The notes under the pieces: generated by a model
What the model was told of the DNA's origin: nothing
Database searches by the model: none
Seen by the model: only the letters and a program-made list of their open reading frames with translations
Translations under genes and position numbers: made by a program
In this document: piece by piece, positions 8,913 to 19,314 of the stretch
Layout: each line of letters starts with the position of its first letter
Position numbering within the stretch: the stretch's first letter is position 1
DNA from: an uncultured Pirellulaceae bacterium
GTDB taxonomy: Bacteria; Planctomycetota; Planctomycetia; Pirellulales; Pirellulaceae
Assembly: GCA_938040995.1 (NCBI GenBank)
Contig: CALHZT010000202.1
Location: 7,133 to 71,132, forward strand
Direction: 5' to 3'
Length of the DNA stretch: 64,000 bases

Positions 8913-9923
8913 ATGATCGCCAAAACGACTCAACGAACAACGCGTGCAAAATCAACGAAAACCGCTCGAAAAGCGACGAAATCCGCGAGCAAGGCGACGA
9001 AAACCGCGAGCAAGAAGCTCACGAAGGCCCAACGTGAGCGGCAGGCTCTTCGATTAAGAGCTGAGCAGATCGTTCATCGGGAGCTTGCCTTCATCGATAA
9101 CCCTGGATTTCGGGAGATGGAGCAATCGAAGGCCAGAGAGCCGGAATTGCCGCTCGACGCGGCTCCGAGTCTTCCGTCGCACGTCGCTCGGGACATGCCG
9201 GCTCATTTGGCTCGTTTGTGCGAAGTCAAACTGCTCACGCCGCAGCAAGAAGTCGACTTGTTCTGCTGGTTGAATTATTACAAGTATCGCGCGAACGCAC
9301 TCCGTTCCCAGTTGAACCCGAAGCGGCCCAGTCGCAAGAAGGTCGAAAGTATCGAGTCTTGGGTGGAGCGTGCGAATCAGATTCGCAATCACATTATTCG
9401 ATCCAACACGCGACTGGTAATCTCCATCGTCAAGAAAGCCGCCGACGAGAAGAATCCGTTCGACGAGCTTCTCAGTGAGGGAATCTCCTGTCTGATTCGC
9501 GTCGTCGACAAGTTCGATTTTGATCGTGGGTTTCGATTCAGCACTTACGCGACTCGGGCCGTTCAGCGGGAAGTATGGCGACTGATTCAACGTAATCATC
9601 GGGATCGGCAACGCTGGGCGACTGGAATCTCCGATTCATTTGATCATTCGGAAAGCCGTGAATTGGCAGATCGAATTGACGAATTGACGTGGAAGCGACT
9701 CACTAATCAGATGGGCGAGATTCTGCAATTGCTCGACGATCGCGAAGCACACATCGTTCGCGAAAGGTTTGGGATGAATTCTGCCGGCAAGAAGCGAACG
9801 TTCCAGAGTCTCGGTGAAGAACTAGGCGTCTGTAAAGAACGCGTCCGGCAGCTGGAAATTCGCGCGATGAAGAAGCTTCATGGTGCGGCTCGCGAATTGG
9901 GAATGCACAAGCTCGAAGTATGA
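8913..9923 (+). CDS. sigma-70 family RNA polymerase sigma factor with a Lys/Thr/Ala-rich N-terminal tail
   Basis: Region 2 is RLVISIVKKAADEKNPFDELLSEGISCLIRVVDKFDFDRGFRFSTYATRAVQREVWR. Region 4 is QSLGEELGVCKERVRQLEIRAMKKL. The N-terminus is TKSASKATKTASKKLTK. Confidence 0.85.
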   Translation: MIAKTTQRTTRAKSTKTARKATKSASKATKTASKKLTKAQRERQALRLRAEQIVHRELAFIDNPGFREMEQSKAREPELPLDAAPSLPSHVARDMPAHLARLCEVKLLTPQQEVDLFCWLNYYKYRANALRSQLNPKRPSRKKVESIESWVERANQIRNHIIRSNTRLVISIVKKAADEKNPFDELLSEGISCLIRVVDKFDFDRGFRFSTYATRAVQREVWRLIQRNHRDRQRWATGISDSFDHSESRELADRIDELTWKRLTNQMGEILQLLDDREAHIVRERFGMNSAGKKRTFQSLGEELGVCKERVRQLEIRAMKKLHGAARELGMHKLEV

Positions 9924-10375
9924 TGCAAAACATCGTCGCTATTCACACTTACGCCACGTTAGCAATGGTCGGACTCATCTGGTTTGTCCAGGTGGTTCAT
10001 TACCCAATGATGGCAGATGTCGGCAAAGTCGACTTTGCAAAGTATGAAGAAATTCACCAAAGTCGCACGACTTGGGTTGTGGCCCCTTTCATGCTCGCAG
10101 AGGCAATCACTGCAATCTGGCTGTGGCGATTCTCGCCGGATAATGTTCCGGGACATCTCGCACTTATCGGCGTAGTCCTGCTCGCAATCGTTTGGGGATC
10201 TACATGCGCTCTGCAGGTTCCTGCGCATGCACGATTGGCAACCGGCTTTGACGTCGCCAGCCATCAATTCCTGGTGACCTCGAACTGGATTCGTACTTTT
10301 GCCTGGTCGGCTCGAGGTGCCGTCGCGATTCTAATTTTCCGTGAATCTCTTTCGCAGCTGCCGCAGCTGCCATAG
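9920..10375 (+). CDS. small polytopic membrane protein (about 4 TM), unknown function
   Basis: Its ATG overlaps the sigma factor stop codon as ATGA at 9920-9923. The hydrophobic segments include LAMVGLIWFVQVVHYPMM, VVAPFMLAEAITAIWLW and LALIGVVLLAIVWG. Confidence 0.65.
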   Translation: MMQNIVAIHTYATLAMVGLIWFVQVVHYPMMADVGKVDFAKYEEIHQSRTTWVVAPFMLAEAITAIWLWRFSPDNVPGHLALIGVVLLAIVWGSTCALQVPAHARLATGFDVASHQFLVTSNWIRTFAWSARGAVAILIFRESLSQLPQLP

Positions 10376-10499
10376 GCGACTTTGTAACTCCAGCGGGCTG
10401 CTGGCGTTAGTTCGTTCCGCGTTTCGACGAGGCGAATTGCTGGCCGTGTGTGGTATCCTGAGGTTTCGCGATACGACCCGTCGAACTCAGAGACTTGCT

Positions 10500-11378
10500 A
10501 TGCACCGTCGTAAGTTTGTTCATTTGTCCGCCGCCACGTTGACCGCCAGCCTGGTTCGCCCATTGTTTGCTTTACCCGGAAGCGACCCGTATTTCAGCAC
10601 GATTGGTTTGCAGTTGTGGACCGTGCGAGAGCAGATGGAAAAGGATGCTGCCGGTACCATCAAAGCGATTGCCGATGCGGGATACAAGCAAGTCGAAATT
10701 GGTGATCCTACTGACAAAGATCTGATCAAGTTGGCAAATGACAATGGGATGAACATCACTTCGTCTTTCATGAACTGGGAAGTCCTCGGGAATCCCGATT
10801 CGGAAGTGTATGGCAAGTTCGACAGTCTCCTGGAATCCGCCGTTGAGAATGGCCTCAAGCATCTGGTGTACGGTTACGTGGGCAAGGGGTTTCGCGAAAC
10901 AGCGGATCAGTACAGGCAGATGGCGGAAAAATGCAATGCGGCAGGTGAATCGTGCAGCAAGGCGGGTATTCAGCTTTGCTACCACAATCACGCGTTCGAG
11001 TACGAGAAGATTGACGGCGATCGAACCGGATATGACATCTTCATTGACGAGTTTGACAAAGAGTACGTCAAATTCGAACTCGACGTTTTCTGGGCGAAGC
11101 TTGGGGGGTGGGACCCGATCCAAACGATGCAGAAACTGGATGGGCGCATCTCGCAATTGCACCTGAAAGACCTCGCGAAAGACACGCCTGTCATTTATGA
11201 CGAGGGAAAGGTTCCGGAAGAAGCTTTCAAAGAGGTTGGCAACGGTACCATCGACTTTGCAAAAGTACTGAAGCTTGCGAAGAAGATTGGTGTCGAGCAA
11301 TGTCACGTTGAGCAGGATCAGTCGCCGGACCCGATCGCCAGCATTGGCGAAAGCTACCGGTATCTGGAAAAGATGTAG
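10500..11378 (+). CDS. sugar phosphate isomerase/epimerase (xylose-isomerase-like TIM barrel) with a Tat-type signal
   Basis: The internal ATG at 10500 gives MHRRKFVHLSAATLTASLVRPLFA. The motifs LCYHNHAFEY and FELDVFW are typical of the AP_endonuc_2/TIM family. Confidence 0.75.
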   Translation: MHRRKFVHLSAATLTASLVRPLFALPGSDPYFSTIGLQLWTVREQMEKDAAGTIKAIADAGYKQVEIGDPTDKDLIKLANDNGMNITSSFMNWEVLGNPDSEVYGKFDSLLESAVENGLKHLVYGYVGKGFRETADQYRQMAEKCNAAGESCSKAGIQLCYHNHAFEYEKIDGDRTGYDIFIDEFDKEYVKFELDVFWAKLGGWDPIQTMQKLDGRISQLHLKDLAKDTPVIYDEGKVPEEAFKEVGNGTIDFAKVLKLAKKIGVEQCHVEQDQSPDPIASIGESYRYLEKM

Positions 11379-11380
11379 AA

Positions 11381-11487
11381 GCTATTTCGAAACCTGAATC
11401 CGGAAGTTTGTAGTACCGCCTTTAGGCGGAAATTCCGGACTCAATTCCGGCTAAAGCCGGTACTTCGAACAGATTTGAAATAGTTTC
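11381..11487 (+). repeat. Double-hairpin repeat family R2, full copy
   Basis: The element reads tttgtagtaccgcctttaggcggaaattccggactcaattccggctaaagccggtacttcgaac. It has two short stem-loops, ccgcc-ttta-ggcgg and ccggc-taaa-gccgg. A reverse-complement copy lies at 29254..29368. Confidence 0.8.
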
Positions 11488-11556
11488 TGGAGGATTTATT
11501 CGGTTGCCGTGGTGGTGGTGGCACTTGTGTTGACACAGCAGAGAGTGAGCCATTCC

Positions 11557-11898
11557 ATGGGGCTGCCTGGCGATGACGGATCCATCAACTTTTCGGGAGG
11601 CTGGACCGGTCGCGTGATATTTGTCACGGTTGCTGTTTATTTTGTCCTCGGGCAATGGTGGGTAACATGTTCGCTCATCAAGTCATGCCTGACCGTCCGC
11701 GGTCTGCGTTCGAAGTTGTGGGCCAGTTGGCTAATCATTGCAGTCATTTGTGCTTTTCCGATGCATGCTCAGGGCGGATCAGTACTTGCTTTTTGGGTTC
11801 GCTACATCGCGATTTCGATGCTCACCCTGACGTTGTCGCTTTTGTACTTGCGAAGGCAGGGGGTGCGGTTGAGCCGTTCGCCCGATTGGTGGAGTTAA
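11557..11898 (+). CDS. possible small membrane protein (weak call)
   Basis: The ORF starts at ATG 11557 and has 2-3 hydrophobic segments (VIFVTVAVYFVLGQWWV, ASWLIIAVICAF, IAISMLTLTLSLLYL). I see no homology and it could be spurious. Confidence 0.3.
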   Translation: MGLPGDDGSINFSGGWTGRVIFVTVAVYFVLGQWWVTCSLIKSCLTVRGLRSKLWASWLIIAVICAFPMHAQGGSVLAFWVRYIAISMLTLTLSLLYLRRQGVRLSRSPDWWS

Positions 11899-11962
11899 AG
11901 GCAGTTTTCTTGTGCCGGGAAGCAACGCCTGGGGCAGTTCGTCGTGTGCATGGACGGAATTG

Positions 11963-12712
11963 ATGTTCGGTTGGTTCAGGAAACGTCACCGCAAGAAGCT
12001 CATTGCCCAGCCGTTTCCACGGCCATGGCAAGAGTTGCTTCACAATAATCTCTGGCAATATCGGCAGTTGAGCGTTCCCGAGCGGAACAAGCTTCACGAG
12101 TGCGTGAAAGTGATTGTTGGCGAATCTTACTGGGAAGGGTGCGAAGGTCTCGAAGTCAGCGATGTCATGAAGGTGACGATCGCCGGGCATGCGGGCATGA
12201 TGTTGCTCGGGACCAGCGGATATTATTTTGACGGCGTGCGTTCGATCCTCGTTTTTCCGCGCGAATTTGAGCGCAGGCTACATACGGTTGTGGAAGAGGA
12301 TGAAGTTCGTGCGGGTGAGGCGTGGCAGGACGGGCCGATACTCCTGTCGTGGCATCATGTCCTCAGTGCTACAGCGCCAGGAAATGGATACAACATCGTG
12401 GTGCATGAGTTCGCGCATCACCTTGATGGATTGGACGGCGAGATGGGCGGAACTCCGATCTTCGACAGCGAAGAGGACCAACAGGAATGGGCGGAGGTCA
12501 TGGAGGTCGAGTTTGCCGATCTCTGCGGTGCGGCTTCGCGAGGGCAGTGGACCATTCTTCAACATTACGGTGCAAAGAACAAAGCGGAGTTCTTTGCTGT
12601 CGCCAGTGAGTGTTTCTTCGAGACGCCGGTTCGCATGAAGCGAACACATGCCGAGTTGTATGATTTACTACGGCGCTTCTATAACCAGAATCCGGTAGAT
12701 TGGGTGGCTTAG
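11963..12712 (+). CDS. mtfA: MtfA-like zinc metallopeptidase (peptidase M90 family)
   Basis: The HEFAHHLD zinc motif and the downstream EFFAVASECFFETP are characteristic of the MtfA/M90 family. ATG 11963 gives MFGWFRKRHRKKL. Confidence 0.75.
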   Translation: MFGWFRKRHRKKLIAQPFPRPWQELLHNNLWQYRQLSVPERNKLHECVKVIVGESYWEGCEGLEVSDVMKVTIAGHAGMMLLGTSGYYFDGVRSILVFPREFERRLHTVVEEDEVRAGEAWQDGPILLSWHHVLSATAPGNGYNIVVHEFAHHLDGLDGEMGGTPIFDSEEDQQEWAEVMEVEFADLCGAASRGQWTILQHYGAKNKAEFFAVASECFFETPVRMKRTHAELYDLLRRFYNQNPVDWVA

Positions 12713-12858
12713 TTTGGGCTCTTTGGTAGCCGGAGTGGCAACACTTCGGGCGGATCTTCGCACGCTATGGTTCTGTTTGGATGCAATCCAGCATCGTAAC
12801 GCGTTCGCGCTTCTCCCGAGCTGTTGCCAGCCCGGCTACGGGAGTCTGTTATCACGTG

Positions 12859-15800
12859 CTACCGCGCCGGTGGTGCAACTTCTTTCACGACAGCGCCGTT
12901 GTCTTCGCTCATCACCAGTAATGAGAATTGCCGCACGCGGCCAATATCGTCAGTGTTGAGTGACGTGTAGTCGAAACGCCCCCGAATGTCGGTGTAACCG
13001 TCCTTGTAGAACTTGACGCTTCCGTCGTCGAAGCGGCTGTAGACTTTGACATAGGTCCGCGGGATCGCCTGACCTGACTCGTCATGCGTTACAAGCAACT
13101 GGCCGTAGTTCTCTGAAAGTTGGACGTCGATCGAGTTCGCGTAGTGCGCCTCCGATCGCGACTTGCCGCCACCAACAATTTCGACCATCACGTTCTGATT
13201 GCGAAGCGATTCGGGTAGTGCGATTGTTTTCGTTCCTTTCCCGGCGGCCCCTTCAAGCTGTACGGTTTGCGACTCGTTCGGCATGATGTTCGTAAACTGT
13301 CCGGCGACTGCCTGCACGAACGGATTGCGACTGAAGAGAAGCTCGAGATCCACCAGATAATAATTGACCTGAACGGAATCGAGGTTCTGCCATGTCAACT
13401 TCACCTCACTCGACTCGATCTCAAACTCGAAACCGGGTTCTTTCGACGCGAGTTCGGTTTGCGCCTGTGTGCGATCGCGTGGGTCAATCAGCGACGGCTT
13501 GCCACCGTTGACTTCTTCAACGAGCGAACGGATCGATGCGAAGGCATTTCGCCATTTGTCGACTGGATAATCTGCATACTTGTCGGCGATCGTTCTGGCT
13601 TGCATCGGATCGTCGTTCAGGCAGTCGAGCCACGCTGTGAAGTAGTCGTGTTGCAGTCGCGTATCGAGTTTGCTCGCATTCACACTCTGGAAGTGTTCGA
13701 TGGCTTCTTCGGTTCGGTCCTGAAGAAGCATGTAATACGTGACGGCCATTTCGTCGTCGTGATCCAGCCGCGTGCGGTAGGAAAGGACCTTCAGTAATCG
13801 GTGATACTGTTGATGCAGTCGGTCATTGAGGATTTGTCGTTTTCGCCCCAGTCGATGGGCGCGGGCATTTACCAGTGGCTTGAAATCAAGATGCTGGTAG
13901 ATCTTTCGCGCGACCGGATCCAGGGTCAGCAGTTCGCTCTCGATATAGTCGCCGCACAGAGAGGTGTACTGGTTGGCGTGCTTGAGGTACTCGCCGATGA
14001 TCTCTGGCAAGTCGTGTTTGATCCCATAGGACCAAAGAGCATGGTTGTATACATGTCGTGCCGATAGCAACGCATAGACGCTGTTTGCAAACGACTTGTC
14101 CTTCATGCGGAATGCAATGTCGTCGAGCGACAATCGCTGGGGATTGTTCTCTTTGAGGAAATCAAGGACTTGCTGGTTCGTTCCATTCTGCGAAATGAAT
14201 GGCCAGGAGGTGGTATCAATCGTCGTAGGCTTCGCCACAACATTTAGCTGAACCGGTTCTGCAAATCCCAACAGTGACTCGTCACTTGAAACATGAACCG
14301 GGAAGTGGCGATACTCACCAGCAACCGGAAAGTAGAATTCACAGTCCATGGTGTGTGTCTTGTACGGTTTCAGTTGCACCGAAGCGGTTTTGGTGTAGCG
14401 TGTTCCGCTGACTGGAATGGCTCCCTCTGGTATCTGGATCAGAATGTCGAGCTTTTGAGGCGACGAGGAGGTGTTGCTTACGATCACGTTGCAGCCATAA
14501 ACGGTGTGGATAAGGAACTCGTCGGTCACAAAATTGTCGCGTTGTTGGCCGTCTACCTGGCGATACCGATCGTCACGTCGGTAGAAGTTTTGTCGGACGA
14601 GCACTTGCGTTGCCGCGTCGTTATCCACGCTCACTTCTCGTACTTGTTCATCGAGCGTGATTACTGGCCCGGCGGCTTTGATGCGCATCTCGGGGCCATC
14701 GAAAGTGATGTCATGGTTTTCACTTTCGAGTGGTAGATCAAGAACCGCCAGCGCGAGCATGCACTCGGTGAAGTTCTTCGCGGCAGCCGCCCAGTTCTCT
14801 GAATAGAACGGGCCGTCCTGGTGCTTCGCATAGTCGGCCCAGAAAGCGTTCACGGTTACCAGTTGGGAGTCTTGTGCTTCAATCGGCAAACGATAGTAAT
14901 TGTTCTCTGCCCATTCCTTTGTAGATTCGAGTTTCTGGTAGAACTGCCTACCGTTTATGATGGCTCCCGTGACAACCCCACTGTCGCTGAAAAAGAGTGA
15001 TTCCGCTTCCTCCATATCTGCTTCCATCGGCACGGCGCCAGCAGAGTCGTTCGGACTTTCATTTCCGTTCGAACTTTTGGCTTCGCCCGCTACTTCCAAG
15101 CCAAGCTCTTCTTTCAACCCGCGCACGGCTCCGCGTCCACCATCAGCTCGTCCGCTGTACCTGGCTCGGGATTTCGCTTTGTCGTTCCATGCTTGCGGTT
15201 GGGACGAAGGTGCATTTTCTCCGAAGCCTCCTCCCACGCCGTAGCCCTCCCCGCCGTAGGTTATTGGCCGGTCCTTGTTCAAGCTATTGACCCGCCCGAG
15301 TGTTGATAGCTCGTTCGACAATCCATAACCTCGAGCTTCCATTTGGTTGGCAGAGTTGCCGAATGCTTCCAGCCGTTTGCCTGCGAGCGCGCATTCGAAA
15401 CGACCATTCCAGTGTGTGATGTCACGAGGCATCAGTGTGAAAAGGTCGTCGATATGCTGTTTTGAATGCGACGAATCTTCCTTGACAACTTTTCCCAACA
15501 GGATTCGCTCCACGACGTTCAGCTGTTGATAATTCCATGGCTGAAGGTAGTCGGACAGGTCCGAGCCGAGCAGCCAATGGTCGAGGAACGTCTTGTGATA
15601 CTTGTGGGCGATGTATGGCTTGATAGTGCTTTCGAAGAAATCGGGATCCTTCTTCATCAGATAAAAGTTGAGCTCGTGACACGAGTACTTCGAGTACAAT
15701 TCGCTCTTCTTTTCTTCATCCAGTTCATGCCATCGCAACGCGAATTCAAACTCGGCGAGGTTCGGGTCGCCGTTCTGGGCCAACAGGACTTTGTAGATAT

Positions 15801-18800
15801 CGCCCAACCGGTCGTACGATGCGAATCGAGCCGAACTGATATCGGCGATCTTGAAGGTATCGCCCTTGGTGAGAATCTGAATCGACTTTTGGCGCGTGTA
15901 GTGCTTCTCCGGATCGAGTCCCTTGACCAATCGCAAGTCGCCATACTGACGGCGTGAATCGGGCAGCGATACCATCCGGTAGACCGTGGTGAGCGGATCC
16001 ACAGCTACGATCTGCAACTGCCGGTTACCCTCGATGTCAGTGCGCGCCACCTCGACGTATCCTTCGTCATCCGGAGTCAGGTTGAGAAGGACGGGCGAAC
16101 CGCCGGCGAGAAAATCGAGGTTGGACCAACCACGGGCTTCGTGGGCCAGCCGTTGTTGTCTGTTCTTTTTCTCCGCAGCCATCGCCTCATCGTCGCGGGA
16201 ATCCGCGAATGCGTCGCCATCCGCCGCGACTTGCTGATCGGTATCCGTGGCGCGAAGATCCCATGGATTGAGGAGCATGCTTGGTCGTTGCAGCATGTTG
16301 CCCGGGAAGTGTTTACCATCCAACCTGTCGAGAATGTACTGCTCTTCTTCGCCGAGCTGTCGGCCGGACTTGAACAGGGAACGCCGCGGTCGCACCTTGC
16401 GGTTGGTCGGTTCCCGGTCGGAGATGGACGCAAAACTGTTCCACGCAACGTGAGCCGGTTGGAATCGCGAAGCGAATACGTGGACTCGTGTGAATTTGTT
16501 TGCGTTGGCGAGCTTGATGCGAACGTTCTGTTTGCCGACGGTGACTTTGCCGATTTGAATCGGATCGTCTTTGCCAGCTCCATTTCGCAATTCCAGATGC
16601 CTGGACACGCCAAATACATGATTGAGCTTCCTGACGCCCTTGGCGATTCGCAGGCGAATGAACTGATCGGTTGGCTTGATGTGTAGGGAATAGTCGCCGG
16701 GCGAAAGTCCCTTGATCTTCAGGTAGTCGTCTGACCACGAAACGGATTTGATAGCGGACGACGTGTACGCGCCACCACGTAGTTCCAGCAGCGAAACCTG
16801 TTCCTGGACTGGCTGATTTTCGTCAATCCCCATCGCGGGGATCGAAACGATCTCGCCCTCAAGTGCGTGCACACTTCCGTACTGGGAGTGGCGGTCTGCA
16901 ATCAGGTTCCAGCTGCGATTCGTTCCCGACGGTCTTTTTGCTGAAACAGTCGCAATGCCCTCGAGCTTGCCAAGCTTGATGCGACTCGACTTGTCCGTCT
17001 GGAACGTTTGACGAACCGTATCGGTGAATTCGCGATGGCGAATCTCGAGCTGAACGGGGCGACCGGAACGATCTTCACCCGACTTGCCCAGCAGCTCCAC
17101 ATAATAGTCTTCACCGATCATCGTGAAGTGCAGATCTTCGAGTTCTTCCGTCCGGTCAATTTCATTGAGCGTGTAGGTCTTGCTGGACGAAACGGACGTT
17201 TCCTTGTTCTGTGATGCGATCTCAAGCTTCGCATTGATAGTGAACTGGATTGTGGCCAGCCGTGGCGGCACCTGAAATACATACTCCGACTCGCGATCTT
17301 CCCAGATCGTAAAGTCTTTGACTTCTTTGCGAGTCTCGATGCCGTCGAGGTCCGTCATCCTGATCGTCAGAGCCGGATCTGTCAGCAACTTGAGAGAAAC
17401 GGGCGTTCCATTCAGCATGAGCCCGTGCCGCACAAGCAGTCTGGCTTTTTCGTGCTTCACAAGCGATTCGCGATCTACGTGAATGCCAGCGATGTATTTG
17501 TATTGTTCGGCCTGGTGATTGAAAACATCGACCGATGATTGTCCGTTCGATGTCAACACAACCGAACGCTTTTGTGGAGTGTTGGAAAACGGCACAATCA
17601 GTTGGCCATCGTCATTGGCCGTGAATTCGTGGCCATTCAGCCAGAGCTTCGCGCCCTTTTGCGGCGTGTCCTGAGCGTCAAGGATTGTAAACAGGTGGCC
17701 TTTGGAAACGACCCGGTTGATCGAGCGGAGCAGGCCTTTGCGAATGACGGCTCGACTGCTGCGACCGTTTCCAACAAAGTCGATAACATAAACACCTGCA
17801 TCTGACAGCTGCGGAAACTTGAAATGCTTTCGTTCGCGACGGATCTCTGGCACATCGTACGTAAACGACTGTTCTTCGTTCGCAATGAGCCCATCGAGCT
17901 TGATGTCCGTATTCACATCACGTCCGTGACGGCGAAAGTAATTGAGCGTATTGATGCGATAGATTTTGACGAGAAGCTTTTTGACGTTCTTGATATCGAG
18001 GTCGAGTTCGACCGGTTCCTGCAGGTTAAAAAATTGTTGCGTTGTTGCCGCGAACTCGAGGTCGATTCGGTCCCGCAATTGTTGGAGCTTTGCGGGCGGT
18101 AGCATGGCGTACCATCGTTCGGCGTCTCCAAGGCCGTTAATCAACTTTGTCTCGGCAAAAAGGTGCTTGAGCCACGTCGAGTCAACATAGGGCTCGTAGG
18201 CCTTTGTGTTTACTTCCTTGAGGAAAAAGTGGGCGAGGTAGTCGCGAATCACCTGTTCATCATTTCTGACGGGGACGCATAAGGTCGCTTTCTGAAAATC
18301 CTGATTCAGATTCGCAACATTGCGACGGGCTTCGTTCGATTGAAGGAAGTCGCGTGCGACGTAGTGCATCTGTCTGGGCAGGCGCAGGTAAGTCATCAGG
18401 CGTTGTTTGCTGTAGTCACCCTGATCGCGATCAAAGGCCAGGCGATGGTAAAGCAAATGCGCTTTGAGTGAGTTGAAATTGGGCTTCAGTCGTGAAGCGA
18501 ACTTCCACTGCCGTTCCAGTAGGGCTTTGCGTTCTTCCGGCGAAGATTCGATATCAACGTCCGCGTTGGGACGCAGGCGACGAAGATACGCATCCACCAG
18601 ATTTCCGTCGTTGAGTAACGCCGGCTTTTTCTGGATGCATTCTTCCAATTGCGAGAGAAGCAGTTTCGAGTGAATGGGTAGCGATCCGAATCCGCGACTG
18701 CCTTTGTGATTCAGGTCAAGGATAACGTGGGCGACAAGTTTGTCATGGTCGGGGCGGTTGATGCGTGCCAGCAGGTCGCGCCGTTGTTCCGGTGTCAGCT

Positions 18801-19314
18801 TTTGATCAAGCAGCCACTCATTCGCGTCAGGAGTAAAGTGGCTGAGGTTGCGTGATCTCCTGAATGCCCGCTTTGCCAGCGACTCGCGTGAGATGGTTTG
18901 CGGATCGAGGGCGGTGGGAAGTTTGCGAAGCGCTTCTTCCGATTGCCTCTCGTGATTGAAGTGGATGCCAAGGGAAGCACGGATGAACTCAAGCGACTTT
19001 TTCGGAGCGTTCGGATACGTGAGGAGAGCCTGGCGGTACTGAATTTCTCGCACGCCTTGGGTGTACTTGTGTTGTTTGATGTACCGCTTGAGGATGTCTT
19101 CGACTTTGTCGTACTGCCCGAGGTTCTGGTAGTGCAGGGCGTGGTAGTAGTAATAGTCTTCCGTTCCCGGAATCAACTGCTCGAGTGCCGCGTTGCGATC
19201 ATTCGCAAGCGCAAAGTCTTCAATAAAACCGATCTCACCGGCAAAGCCAGACTGTATCGCCGCCATGGTGACTCCAAGGAATAAAAAGCAAAGGCATTTC
19301 AGCTGATTCATCAT
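12859..19314 (-). CDS. giant secreted hypothetical protein (2151 aa)
   Basis: A single 6.4-kb ORF with the signal peptide MMNQLKCLCFLFLGVTMAAIQSGFA. The N-terminus is TPR-like (YYYHALHYQNLGQYDKVEDILKRY). The C-terminal about 100 aa look like a carboxypeptidase-regulatory-type beta-sandwich (YVKVYSRFDDGSVKFYKDGYTDIRGRFDY). No catalytic motif recognised. Confidence 0.85.
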   Translation of the reverse strand: MMNQLKCLCFLFLGVTMAAIQSGFAGEIGFIEDFALANDRNAALEQLIPGTEDYYYYHALHYQNLGQYDKVEDILKRYIKQHKYTQGVREIQYRQALLTYPNAPKKSLEFIRASLGIHFNHERQSEEALRKLPTALDPQTISRESLAKRAFRRSRNLSHFTPDANEWLLDQKLTPEQRRDLLARINRPDHDKLVAHVILDLNHKGSRGFGSLPIHSKLLLSQLEECIQKKPALLNDGNLVDAYLRRLRPNADVDIESSPEERKALLERQWKFASRLKPNFNSLKAHLLYHRLAFDRDQGDYSKQRLMTYLRLPRQMHYVARDFLQSNEARRNVANLNQDFQKATLCVPVRNDEQVIRDYLAHFFLKEVNTKAYEPYVDSTWLKHLFAETKLINGLGDAERWYAMLPPAKLQQLRDRIDLEFAATTQQFFNLQEPVELDLDIKNVKKLLVKIYRINTLNYFRRHGRDVNTDIKLDGLIANEEQSFTYDVPEIRRERKHFKFPQLSDAGVYVIDFVGNGRSSRAVIRKGLLRSINRVVSKGHLFTILDAQDTPQKGAKLWLNGHEFTANDDGQLIVPFSNTPQKRSVVLTSNGQSSVDVFNHQAEQYKYIAGIHVDRESLVKHEKARLLVRHGLMLNGTPVSLKLLTDPALTIRMTDLDGIETRKEVKDFTIWEDRESEYVFQVPPRLATIQFTINAKLEIASQNKETSVSSSKTYTLNEIDRTEELEDLHFTMIGEDYYVELLGKSGEDRSGRPVQLEIRHREFTDTVRQTFQTDKSSRIKLGKLEGIATVSAKRPSGTNRSWNLIADRHSQYGSVHALEGEIVSIPAMGIDENQPVQEQVSLLELRGGAYTSSAIKSVSWSDDYLKIKGLSPGDYSLHIKPTDQFIRLRIAKGVRKLNHVFGVSRHLELRNGAGKDDPIQIGKVTVGKQNVRIKLANANKFTRVHVFASRFQPAHVAWNSFASISDREPTNRKVRPRRSLFKSGRQLGEEEQYILDRLDGKHFPGNMLQRPSMLLNPWDLRATDTDQQVAADGDAFADSRDDEAMAAEKKNRQQRLAHEARGWSNLDFLAGGSPVLLNLTPDDEGYVEVARTDIEGNRQLQIVAVDPLTTVYRMVSLPDSRRQYGDLRLVKGLDPEKHYTRQKSIQILTKGDTFKIADISSARFASYDRLGDIYKVLLAQNGDPNLAEFEFALRWHELDEEKKSELYSKYSCHELNFYLMKKDPDFFESTIKPYIAHKYHKTFLDHWLLGSDLSDYLQPWNYQQLNVVERILLGKVVKEDSSHSKQHIDDLFTLMPRDITHWNGRFECALAGKRLEAFGNSANQMEARGYGLSNELSTLGRVNSLNKDRPITYGGEGYGVGGGFGENAPSSQPQAWNDKAKSRARYSGRADGGRGAVRGLKEELGLEVAGEAKSSNGNESPNDSAGAVPMEADMEEAESLFFSDSGVVTGAIINGRQFYQKLESTKEWAENNYYRLPIEAQDSQLVTVNAFWADYAKHQDGPFYSENWAAAAKNFTECMLALAVLDLPLESENHDITFDGPEMRIKAAGPVITLDEQVREVSVDNDAATQVLVRQNFYRRDDRYRQVDGQQRDNFVTDEFLIHTVYGCNVIVSNTSSSPQKLDILIQIPEGAIPVSGTRYTKTASVQLKPYKTHTMDCEFYFPVAGEYRHFPVHVSSDESLLGFAEPVQLNVVAKPTTIDTTSWPFISQNGTNQQVLDFLKENNPQRLSLDDIAFRMKDKSFANSVYALLSARHVYNHALWSYGIKHDLPEIIGEYLKHANQYTSLCGDYIESELLTLDPVARKIYQHLDFKPLVNARAHRLGRKRQILNDRLHQQYHRLLKVLSYRTRLDHDDEMAVTYYMLLQDRTEEAIEHFQSVNASKLDTRLQHDYFTAWLDCLNDDPMQARTIADKYADYPVDKWRNAFASIRSLVEEVNGGKPSLIDPRDRTQAQTELASKEPGFEFEIESSEVKLTWQNLDSVQVNYYLVDLELLFSRNPFVQAVAGQFTNIMPNESQTVQLEGAAGKGTKTIALPESLRNQNVMVEIVGGGKSRSEAHYANSIDVQLSENYGQLLVTHDESGQAIPRTYVKVYSRFDDGSVKFYKDGYTDIRGRFDYTSLNTDDIGRVRQFSLLVMSEDNGAVVKEVAPPAR

